Positions 33,518 through 45,800 of a stretch of 64,000 nt of DNA are shown here, piece after piece. Position numbers and translations under genes: made by a program. Under the pieces are notes generated by a model. The model saw only the letters and a list, made by a program, of their open reading frames with translations. It was not told the origin of the DNA and did no database searches. Source of the stretch: Tubulanus polymorphus. Its lineage: Eukaryota; Animalia; Nemertea. Each line of letters opens with the position of its first letter. The stretch's first letter is position 1. The stretch is from the NCBI RefSeq assembly GCF_964204645.1, contig NC_134031.1:14743807-14807806 (forward strand), given 5' to 3'.

Positions 33518-36500
33518 CTACTCGGCCGGCGTTACTGGAGTTTCATCGGTACTAACGTAGATTTCATTGATAACCAGATTTTCATTATCGGATGGCTTAT
33601 CCTGTAATATACAATAACTTACATCGTATCTGTAAATATGTATTACAGCCTGTATTACAGCCAATGACACAAAATAACCAATTTCTTCCTAAAAGTGACG
33701 TTTCTTTTTTAAACTGTTACTATGTCCTTATTATTGCGACAAAAACGAAATAAACCCCATCAGATAATATAAATTGTCACCCTTCTCACGATACATGACT
33801 TCGACTTTCGTGGCATATGGGGGATGGAGGACAATCAATCGCACAAAGACCCTAGTGTAGATTCTGCCCAACAATTATACGGGACCCACGGGACCGCCTC
33901 AAATGGCGCCTGGTAACTGGGGATGGTCTCTTCAACAACATAAGTGGTCCACAAACGGAAATTTTCCATTATCACTTACCCGACACAACACGTCTTTGTG
34001 TTTGTAACCGTAGATAATTCCAATCGCAGTTACTACGAATCCAATACATATCATACAGATTTTCACCCAGAACCCGATGGCTAACGGTAAAACCAGCTGA
34101 TTCCGCATTTTGCCGGCTAAAGAATCTGTCAACGAAGCACTCTGTGGAAAGAAAATACAAAATTCGAATCGAATTGAAATTTGAATTAAGATGAAAATGT
34201 TGGATGGTTTGAGATACAGTTTTTTTGATGCCATAAAAACAGTTCAACAATGTATAATAAATTGATACCTATAGTATGCGTTATATGAGGGGTTCTGTGT
34301 GAGTCGATGTGCACTGCGTTATTAACATTGGCGTATCAAAATGACAATTTCAATTATTAATTTTGACATTAATTTTGTAATTATAATTATAATTGTATTT
34401 ATCTGATAACTCTTTATTTCATTTTTAATAAATTTTGATTTGAAAGAATGTGTGCTGCGTCATCAATATATCGGGGTTAGACTGGTTGCCGGTCAATTCG
34501 ATTCAAATCTAAAATAACTTAATTGATCCTCGATATTACACGTGAATATAATTGATATCGTGATTCTTTTTTATGACGTCAATATACTTTCAAGTTAGCT
34601 TTGTTCTTTTCATTTTCGTCTGAATATTTGACACTAGAAACGAGTAAGCTTGTGTCGTGATGTAGAAATTACTAGAAAAACTAACTGCTTCGAACCAGGC
34701 CAATGGATAGTATGTAGGTCGTAGATTCTTCATCGCGCTGTAAATATGCAAATGAAATATTGTCACCATGAATACGTGTACAATCATACCGCAATGCTAT
34801 CCTCGTCCTCGCTGCGTATGTCATGAAAAGAATGCACAGTCGATCTACTTCTATTGTCAGCCCGGTATATAAGGCGACGGCGAGTGGGACTCGCTCTCTT
34901 TCCAGGCAGGCGGTGGCGCGACCACATCGCTCTCGGCACAGATTTGTAACAGCTGGGGTGTCGTAATTATATCTTTAGTTATACTTTTAAATAACGTAAT
35001 AAACTTTTGGATTCCAATTCTGTTGTTTGCGTTTGTAAATCGGGATATTTCCACAGTTGTGCCAAGTTTCCCTTGACAGCGTATAGATTGACAACTGAAA
35101 TATAAAAAACTCTGCTTAAACTGAAACTTACTCGATGCCTTTGTAGTTCTTATAATAGATATTGATTTGGAATTTCATCTCGGCAGACATTCCTACCCCT
35201 GTATACTGAAAGATTTTCATCAAAAAGAATGAGGCTAAAATGTAGGGTTAGTTTTCTTCAATATTGGAATCCGTGTACTTACTGGCTCGACGTCGATTCT
35301 AGTAGAATGGTTCTCCTTATTCGGGTGGATACCATCGATAGCGTCGATGTACTGAGGTGCGGCGTTGTAAAAATGTGGTTCTGACATAAACACCGGAGCG
35401 CCTACGAATTAGTAAACCATGCTCGTATAAGACAAATATATAAAACGGAATTAGTCTACTACTCGTTGATTTCTTTTTTTGTCTTCAGAATTTTAAATCT
35501 TAAAACAGCGAATAGTATGGTGGTAGGATCATAGCTCGCCACACCGTAGGGCGGAGTTTAACATTTAGGTCGATGCCAACATTGAGTGGTTTATGGCGTT
35601 ATATCTAAGCAACTCGGTAAACTTGAGTACTGAGTTGCTTACTCGAATATGGCGGATTGGTTAGATAGATGAAAAATTTGACGGGACGTACGTGAGTTGC
35701 TAAAATAAAAAACGCCTTTAGACATTTGAAAATGTGTTTTTTGTCGAGTTATGATTACCTTGTCTACATTGGCTGACATTCAACACTCCTGAGTCAAGAC
35801 AATGGTCGTTGTCGGGCATACAAAATCCTAAATTGTCCGGATTAAACGCTAGCTGGTTGAACAAATCTCAATAAGTCGACCCCCTTCAATTTGACTCGGC
35901 TGTCGAATTTCATATAGAACGACCTAAAATTCGAATCTTTATCGATAACATGATCCGATAGCAAAACATTTGCGTCTTGTGGTTAGCCTGCTAGTCATTC
36001 AAAAACTGACCATTTGTAATTACGGAAAAATAAGTTAAAAAAGAAAACAGTAAAAATAGACCATTTTTACACCCTCAACAGCAGGGCATTATAAGTGTTT
36101 TGGATGTTTCTTTTCCCCTATGGGGGAGACCAGAAAGAACCTTCGACCAAGGAACTTTGCCGCCACCAGGGTTTGACCTTGGAGTAATCATTTGAAGGTT
36201 TGACGAGACATAAACCCTGGATTGACCTGACAGTGACCGGCTGCTTAAACCACTCGGCCACTGCGCCTCTCAAATGAGCCATTTGAATGGAACGTCCATG
36301 GCATGATGCTATTGGGTATATGTGAAATACAAGAACGCAACAAATAGATTGGTAGAACGCAACAAATAGATAGGTGCAAATTAAGGAAAGCTGTAGACCT
36401 AAAAGTAACAATTATATATCGCGATAATTCAATCTTATACCTGCAAACTCCCGAATTGAAAATATAAAGTGTTTCCGATTCATCGATAAATGGATGCCAC

Positions 36501-39500
36501 ATCGTTCCATCTGGTGAAATAGAGAGATAATTAATTGATTATAGAAATAAATGATCGTAACACAAGTAAAGAAGCACAAGTAAAGAAGCAATTGACATCA
36601 CTCGTTTATCCTATCTACTGCGTATCATAGTATCGTCAAAATTTGTTCAAATGTGAACATAAAATTGTTCGAATTAGTTATATTCCGAAAAAAGCACGAC
36701 AAAATTCTTCTAAGACCTGTTGACCCTTGTATTCGGTTACATTGAGGTGTCCTCCAAAAAGACAACTCTCTGAAACAGATGCAAACTGCGAAATCAATCT
36801 AAAAATTGAATACAAGGGTCCAGTTCCACAGTTCCGAGTTAAAGATTTGACTCTTGAGTTAATTCGTTGAAGATGAATTGACTTTAACTCAGAGTTAACT
36901 CTTACTCACAACTCTCTGGAACCAGGTCCAGTATATTGGATGAAGAATTACAATACAAACTCCCGCCGAATTCTTGACTGGATTCTGATATTTTGAACTA
37001 AATTTTTGAGATGTCCTTTTCTCGAATTGTATTCATGTGTGTATATTAACTATTTGTAATTAGAGAGAATAAAGCATTCATTCATCCATCCACCCATCCA
37101 CCCATCCACCCATCCACCCACCCATCCATCCATCCATCCATCCATCCACCCATCCATCCATCTACCCATTCACCCATTCACCCATCCACCCATCCATCCA
37201 TCCATCCATCCACCCATCCATCCTTCCACCCATTCACCCATTCACCCATCCACCCATCCATCCATCCACCCATCCATCCACCCATCCACCCATCCACCCA
37301 TCCATCCACCCATCCACCCATTCACCCATCCACCCATCCACCAATCCATCCATCCACCCACCCATCCACCAATCCACCCATTCACCCATCCACCCATCCA
37401 TCCACCATCCACCCATCCATCCATCCACCCACCCATCCACCTATCCATCCATCCATTCATCCACCCACCCATCCACCCATCCACCCATCCATCCATCCAC
37501 CCATCCATCCATCCATCCACCCACCCAACCACCAATCGACCCATCCATCCACCCATCCACCCATTCACCCATCCACCCATCAATCCATCCATCCATCCAC
37601 CCATCCACCCATCCACCCATTCACCCATCCATCCATCCATCCATCCACCCACCCATCCACCCATCCATCCATCCATCCACCCATCCATTCACCCATTCAC
37701 CCATTCACCCATCCACCCATCCATCCACCCACCCATCCACCCATCCACCCATCCACCCATTCACCCATTCACCCATCCACCCATCCATCCATCCATCCAT
37801 CCACCCATCCATCCACCCATTCACCCATCCATCCATCCACCCACCCATCCACCCATCCATCCATCCATCCATCCACCCATCCATTCACCCATTCACCCAT
37901 CCACCCATCCACCCATCCATCCACCCATCCACCCACCCACCCATTCACCCATTCACCCATCCACCCATCCATCCATCCATCCACCCATCCATCCACCCAT
38001 CCACCCATCCATCCACCCATCCACCCATTCACCCATCCATCCACCCATCCATCCATCCACCCACCCAACCACCCATCCACCCATCCATCCACCCATCCAC
38101 CCATTCACCCATCCATTCATTCATCCATTCATTCATTCATTCATTTTGAATAAACTAAGTTTAACCCGTTGTTTCGTTGTTTATCCATCCATCCACCCAT
38201 CCATCCACCCATCCACCCATCCATCCACCCATCCACCCATTCACCCATCCACCCATCCACCTATCCATCCATCCATCCACCCACCCATCCACCAATCCAC
38301 CCATTCACCCATTCACCCATCCACCCATCCATCCATCCACCATCCACCCATCCATCCATCCACCCACCCATCCACCCATCCATCCATCCATCCATTCATC
38401 CACCCACCCATCCACCCATCCACCCACCCATCCATCCACCCATCCATCCATCCATCCACCCACCCATCCACCCATCCATCCACCCATCCACCCATTCACC
38501 CATCCACCCATCCACCCATCCATCCATCCACCCATCCACCCATCCACCCATTCACCCATCCATCCATCCACCCATCCACCCACCCATCCACCCACCCATC
38601 CATCCACCCATCCATTCACCCATTCACCCATCCACCCATCCACCCATCCATCCACCCACCCATCCACCCATCCACCCATTCACCCATTCACCCATTCACC
38701 CATCCACCCATCCATCCATCCATCCACCCATCCATCCACCCATTCACCCATCCATCCATCCATCCACCCACCCATCCACCCATCCATCCATCCATCCACC
38801 CATCCATTCACCCATTCACCCATCCACCCATCTACCCATCCATCCACCCACCCACCCATCCAACCATCCACCCATTCACCCATTCACCCATCCACCCATC
38901 CATCCATCCATCCACCCATCCATCCACCCATCCACCCATCCATCCACCCATCCACCCATTCACCCATCCATCCATCCACCCATCCATCCATCCATCCACC
39001 CACCCACCCATCCACCCATCCACCCATTCACCCATCCACCCATCAGCCCATTTACCCATCCACCCATCCATCCATCCATCCATCCACCCACCCATCCACC
39101 CATCCACCCATTCACCCATCCACCCACCCATCCATCCATCCATTCATTCATCCATTCATTCATTCATTCATTTTGAATAAACTAAGTTTAACCCGTTGTT
39201 TCGTTGTTTATCTAGACCTTGTAATCTAATCACCTTTGACCATTATATCTGTCCAGTGTATTAAACTTCATGATATCTTTAACGCCGGTATAGATGTTAT
39301 GTATGCCATCATCGGAGCCATTTTGCTAGAATAATAAGACACTCGAATGATATTTACGAATCAAAAATCAATTTGAAATGGCTAAGTGGTTTGAGAATTG
39401 ATTTTATCTGTACTTCGAGGATTGATTTTTTTTTCTGTAATTTCAGAATCGATTTCTCATACTCCGATAAATATTCCTATCCTTTCGGGTATATCGACGC

Positions 39501-41099
39501 CGATCGCTTTCATAATCGGGGCGATTTTCTTCAAAAACGGATCTTCGTATCCCCAGATCATATCTTTTACTGTCAAAGTTCTAAACATATTCTCTCCTGC
39601 CAGTTTCAGAAATCCCTCCACGAGAAACCTACCCACCGGCCCGAGTTTTGCTAATATTCCTTGATATCGATCAGCCACGGTCTGAAATAGAAATGTGGCA
39701 AAGAACCTGAGTATACGTTTGTGTACATATATATGTGTATACATGTACATAATGTGTACATAAATATGTGTATATATGTACATAAACGTATATTCAGGTT
39801 CTTATGTATTTATTGAGTGGGAAACGTTACCGCGAAGACCATATTGAGAGCCGTGAAAGTATCATTTTCATTCCCGCCTGACAGTTCAGGAACGAACACA
39901 TACGTAACCGGTTGTTTATAGGATACCGTCGAATTATCATTAAACGTCACATTTGTCTTCGATAACAACTGCCTGAATTTAAAAGGAACACACATCATAC
40001 ACATTTATATAGCTCATTCTTACTGTGAATAATCTGATATATGAATTACATATCTACACATTAATTCACGTCACCTGTAGACGTAGGGTCCTTTCTCCAA
40101 CACGTTCGGCTTCGCTCCAGCCATGGTTTCATTTTCATTCAATAGACCGAATACATAGAAATTCATGTAAACCGACACAGGAGGATTTTGCCACATTTTT
40201 ACCGCCTCAGATCTTTCAGTCAACGGAATAGCCTGACAATGAAGAGAACATCATCCATCAAATCGTCAACAAATGCATTCGATTCGACAAAAACTGTTTA
40301 ACAATAATCGATGACAAAACGGAACTATATGGTGGCTGATAAGGGCCATCAAAATATTTCCAGACAAAAAATAATTTTGTCATGAAAAATAATTTTCCAT
40401 CGAAAAATATTTTGTGAGTGAAAAATATTTCGTGAGTGAAAATAATTTTCCATCGAAAAATATTCGCAAGTGAAAATAATTTCGGTGTGAAAAATAAGTA
40501 CTCTGATTTTACATGAGAGCGATATGCCCTGTGTATTTCATGCACGCAGAGATACTATACTTAGGGCTAGTAGCATGGATGAAATAAGATCAGGTGAGAC
40601 AGTTCAATCGACAAGCGCGCGCGCGCACGCGCGCACTAGCGAAAAAACCCACAATTATTTCTTACACTGCAAACATATTTTAGTATCGGAATATATTTTG
40701 AAGGACGGCGATTTATTTTTCATAGCAGAACTTTTTTTGCTCAGCGTATATTTTGAAGGCGATTATTTTCATGAGAAAATTATTTTCGCTTACGAACATA
40801 TTTTGATGGAAATTTATTTTGCATAGCGGAATTATTTTCACTCACGAATATTTTTCGATGGAAGATAATTTTTATGACGAAATTATTTTTAAGTCAGAAT
40901 ATATTTTCATGGCCCTTATCAGCCACCATAGAACTACGATAGATCGATAAAAACCACGTATTAAACACGTCTGTTTTACCTTATGCATTCCGTGGCGTAT
41001 TACAGCTGGAATCACGGGGAACAGAATTATGCCAAAAGCTAACAACGTAATCCCAACAACAACAACTATTACAGCTCTAGCCAAAGCACCGAGAGCCAT
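33518..41099 (-). CDS. SCARB2: CD36-family class B scavenger receptor (LIMP-2/SCARB-like), 13 coding exons, frameshifted in exon 8
   Basis: Exons (-): 41099-40980 (N-terminal TM), 40232-40075 ([15 protein letters not shown]...[15 protein letters not shown]), 39972-39831, 39681-39463 ([13 protein letters not shown]), 39325-39234 (NGSDDG..IYTG), 36769-36717 ([14 protein letters not shown]), 36510-36441 (DGTMWHPFI...CR), 35923-35759 ([20 protein letters not shown]), 35401-35283 ([12 protein letters not shown]...DVEP), 35205-35132, 34737-34686, 34141-33980 (C-terminal TM), 33601-33518 (tail with DNENLV, dileucine-like). All introns are GT-AG. Family is secure; SCARB2 orthology is only tentative. 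Confidence 0.9.
36040..36268 (-). mobile_element. Probable tRNA-derived SINE in a scavenger-receptor intron
   Basis: Minus strand begins GGCGCAGTGGCCGAGTGGTTTAAG (Pol III A-box, tRNA D-arm-like), has a degenerate B-box and ends in a T-rich tail; no complete cloverleaf. Confidence 0.5.
37075..39175. repeat. ~2.1-kb (CCAT/CCAC/TCAC)n tetramer satellite in intron 5 of the scavenger receptor
   Basis: Directly visible; source of all the HPSI/GWMD ORFs. Confidence 0.97.
40328..40930. mobile_element. Non-autonomous DNA transposon (MITE) with ~100-bp imperfect TIRs and 6-bp TSD
   Basis: Starts TATGGTGGCTGATAAGGGCCAT and ends ATGGCCCTTATCAGCCACCATA; GAACTA flanks both sides (40322-40327, 40931-40936); internal ~19-bp subrepeats. 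Confidence 0.85.
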
Positions 41100-42297
41100 C
41101 TTTCTGAGCTATTCGCGCGAGCAAACTAACGAACTCAGTGTCTCATCGCTGTCTCACAGCCTAACCGTGCACCTAGGGTCAAATTCGGTTTTCGTATCTA
41201 GTCGACCAGTGGTCGGAACTGATAACCGAATACGCTTGATTTTAGAACTATTTCCGGAGTATTTTTTCGACTAACGAATAATCATTCGGTTTCGTTTAGT
41301 TCGACTATAGTTGACTAACTCAGGTAACCGAAGGTGGCCTAGCCTGTCGAGTAGTAATAAAGCAATGTCCTGAGTAAAAACTGGCGTCACCTATGGCGAA
41401 CGTAGGAAACGTACGAGCCTGTTTTCGAGCCTTTTCTCCGTATCGACGTTTCGACCTGCTCTTGGACCGGATTTTATCTCCGGGTTTCGTAACTACTTGA
41501 AGTTACTGCCCTGGTTTCAGTGCGGGCTTTCATCGCTGATTTCCGTCCAGGATGACTTATTCGCTGGTGTCAGTCCAGGGATATTCTATTCGCTGGTTTC
41601 AGTCCAGGAATATCAACTGGTTATAATTCCTGAAATTTTGGTTTGTTCTCATCGGGTCATAATTAGGTTTTTCTGTTTCTTCACAGAAATTAAACCCTAT
41701 TGAGATTCGCGTGATTATTAGGGTTTTCCTGACTTTCGTCGGAAACCCTCTTGTAATTCTGTTGATTATTATTATCATTTACATGTTTTCCACTTTTTTC
41801 ATCACATAAAATTCATCTTCTCTTGGATTCGACCATAAACAGCTACTTACCGGAATGTTGAATTCTGATAGAAATATAACAGACTTTTTCTCCGCGTAGA
41901 TTCCATCAATGCTCTCACAATCAATTGAAAAGTTGTAGCTCATGACATGTTCAATGATTGTGGTGAGTTTCAATGTCCGTTTCAACTTACCCGATGTTAG
42001 AATATCGCGGAATCACGGAATCCGTCGGAAACCGCGAGTTCTTTTATAAATAGGTCGCTAATAACATATTCGGGTTGCCAATTTCATTCGAGGTTCGAAT
42101 CCCGTGTTTTTCCCTTACACATGACCATCGTTACGAATTATACATAAATATTGTTTTTCAAGTTTTTTATTGATTCTTATGTAAACGCCGGAACCAGTCG
42201 ACGGCCAACATTTCGTAAACGTATTGCATAAAACGCGGATGCAACGTTGGACAAGGCTGGTATACCATGCATCAACTTTCTTGTGTTAGTGCATGTC

Positions 42298-42899
42298 AGT
42301 AATAGGGGTTTAGTTGTTTCAGATCAAAGGTCGAACGGTCGAGCCCATTAAAAAACAAAATATTAAAAGTAATTAAAAAACTATAATATATTTTCATAAC
42401 CGCGTGCATTTTATATCAAAACTAAATATTTATTCTAAGATATCAATAATATAAAAAGCATATTGTATTAAATCAATTGGTCGCTCCGCTTCGCCACCGC
42501 TCCGCTCCGCGACCAATTGATTTAATTACAATACACAAATTCAAATAATCAAATATATTCAAATGATAATAATTATTCTATTATTCAACTGAAATGCACG
42601 CGGTTATGAAAATATATTATAGTTTTTTAATTACTTTTAATATATGTTATTAATGAACTCGACCATTCAACCTTTAACCTGAAACAACTAAACCCCTATT
42701 ACTCTTAAAATATTCATATATATATGAATAACATTTAAATCATTGAACTTCTAAAATCAATTTTAATAAAAAATATAGTATTAAAATGGAAGCAAATAAG
42801 TACTACTGCCCAACATGTAATATCGATATAGATAAATCCCAAAAAGCAAGACACAATAAAACTATAACACATTTAGAGAATAAATTGAAACTAGAATAT
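42298..42899 (+). repeat. Left terminal inverted repeat (602 bp)
   Basis: Reverse complement of 60285-60887, apart from one substitution and a 1-bp homopolymer indel seen by eye; extends 38 codons into pPolB. Confidence 0.95.
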
Positions 42900-45800
42900 A
42901 AGGATGATATATTAGAAACTAAATTAGAAGAATTAAATAATGAAAAAGAAACATATAAATGTGATACATGTAATCAATTATTCAGTGATAAAAGATATTA
43001 TAAAGAACATTTAAAATCTATAAGTCATATTAGAAATAAGAATAATGATATTTTAGGTGAAGATTATTTTGATAATGATAACGATAAGAAACAGAAGACA
43101 ATTAAAAGAATAAAAAATAAATTAAACAATAAAAGACCATACATGGAAGATGTAAGAAATTATATTAATTCATTAGATAATAAAAAAGATATAGAGATAA
43201 CCGAAGCATTTAAAAGTGATATTGGTCCAGCAGCTATCGAGTTTAAATTTCATAAAGGAAAAACATTAGAAGAAAATAAAAAACATTTAGAAAATATGAA
43301 AGAAATAATAAAAATAATTACAGATGTTGAATATCCTAAAATTAGTATATCAGTTAAAGTAAAGTTTATAAAATCTGAAGATAAACCAATATATAATATA
43401 AATTCTCATTCACAACATATTTTATCTAAACAACATATAGATGATAAATTAAATAAATGTTATAATGAAATAAAAACTAAAATAGAAGAGAAATATTTTG
43501 AAGGATCTGGTTTAATATTTGATGAGATAATATTTATAACTTTACATGTTTATAACACAAAATATAATAAGTTAACTAAATCAAAACCAATTGATGAAAA
43601 TAATTTATCATATTATAAAGAACCTGATATTGAAGCATCGAGTTATATTAAACTACCATTTAAAACTAATGCTGTAATAAATGTACAAAATGAAGATGAT
43701 AAATGTTTACTATGGACTATAATAAGTTGTTTACATCCTGCAACTTATAATATTTGTAGATTAACTCATTATAAACCATTTGAAAATAATTATAAGATAG
43801 ATAAGTATCCTGTTAGAATTAAAAATATTCCAAAAATAGAAAGAGATAATAATATAAAGATAAATGTATTTGATTTAATCAAATTACCAAATACAAAAGG
43901 TAACAACATAAAACATTATACATTAGAACCTTTATACCTATCAAAAGATTATGATTCAAATGATGTTATAGATATACTATATTATGAGAATCATTATATG
44001 TGGATTAAAAGAATTGATTTATTTTTTAAATCAGAAAATGATTTTGATAATAAAATATATCTATGTAGAAAATGTTTACATAAATTCAGAACTGAAGGTG
44101 CATTATTAAATCATAAACAATTATGTGATAATCATGATTATTGTAAATTAGTTTTACCAAATGAAAAAGATAAAATATTAGAATTCAAAAAATATGATTA
44201 CAAAAATAAAGTACCATTTGTAATATATGGAGATTTTGAATCATTAAATAAAGAATTAACAGATAAAGATAGAAAAGATATATATTATAAAAGAAAGAAA
44301 TTAAATTCTAATGAAAGTGATTATTCAGATAAACCACCAATAACAAATACAATTAAAAAGATTCATCAATCAGCTGCAGCTTTCGGGTTATATATTAAAT
44401 CTGATTATCCAGAACTAATTGAAAGTGAATATTATCATTATAGAAATGAAAATGTTATCAATCATTTTTGTGACTTATTAATTGAATATGAAATAAGATT
44501 TAGTAAATTATTGAATACAAATAAAGAAATAATTATGACAGAAGAAGATAAAGAAGCATTTGAGTTTGCAGATAAATGTTATTATTGTGAAAAGATATTT
44601 AATTATAAAGATAAAAAAGTAAGAGACCATGATCATTTGAATGGAAGGTTTAGAGGCGCTGCGCATGAGAATTGTAATTTGCAAGCCAAAAAAGTAAATT
44701 TTGTCCCCATTATATTTCACAATTTATCGGGGTATGACGCGCATTTATTCATTAAGCAACTGTGTCATAAAATAGAAGAAATTAATAATGAAATAGAAAT
44801 ATTAAATTCAAATAAATCAAAAGATAAAATACCAACTTATAAATTTAGAATGTTAGCTAAAACATCTGAGAATTATATATCATTCCAATTTGGTTGTCTA
44901 AGATTTATAGATTCTTATAGATTTCTAGCAAGTTCATTAGATAATTTATCAAAATCATTAGTTGATGATGAATTAAAGATATTAAAAGAATATTACCCAA
45001 ATTATGATGATTTTAAATTAATGAGATATAAAGGTGCAATTCCATATTCTTTCTATAAAAATCATAATGATTTTAAAATAACTGAATTATTGAAAGAACA
45101 ATTCTATGATGAATTAAAAAATGAATATGTTAAAGATGAAGTCTATAATAGAACATTGAATATTTGGAATCATTTTGAAATTAAAAATCATGGACAATTA
45201 GTAGATTTATATTTAAAATCAGATGTATTATTATTAACCGATATATTCGAAAGGTTTAGAGATGTAAACCTAAAATATTTTAATATTGATCCTTGTCATT
45301 GTTATTCATCACCAGGATTAACATGGGATTGTGGATTAAAATTTACAGATATAAAAATGGATTTGTTAACAAATATAGATCAATTACTATTATTTGAAAA
45401 ATCTATAAGAGGAGGTGTTTCAGGTGTATTGGGTGATAGATATTTCAATGTAAATGATAATCCTGGATATAAATTATTATACATAGATGCAAATAATCTT
45501 TATGGTTGGGCAATGATGGAACCACAACCTTATGGGATGTTTGAAATAACTGAAGTTTTACAAATTGATAAATTTGATTGGAAGAAAAGAATCCTAGATA
45601 TTGCAGATGATTCAGATACTGGTTACTTCTTCGTTGTAGATTTAGAATACCCTGAAAATATTAAATTCAAATCTAGAAATCTAGCATATTGTCCCGAACA
45701 TAAAACTGTTAAACATGAAGAATTATCAAATTATCAAAAAAGAATTAAACTTGATAATCATATTCATACTGAAAAGTTAATGGTAACTCAAGAAGATAAA

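Noticed and set aside
37234-39229. Long HPSI/PPIH/GWMD ORFs up to 350 aa
   Set aside because: Translations of a CCAT/CCAC satellite inside an intron; open in many frames on both strands.
42088-42104. GGTTCGAATCCC tRNA T-arm motif (similar ones at ~3250, ~4060, ~30270)
   Set aside because: No full cloverleaf; at most SINE remnants, so not called tRNA.
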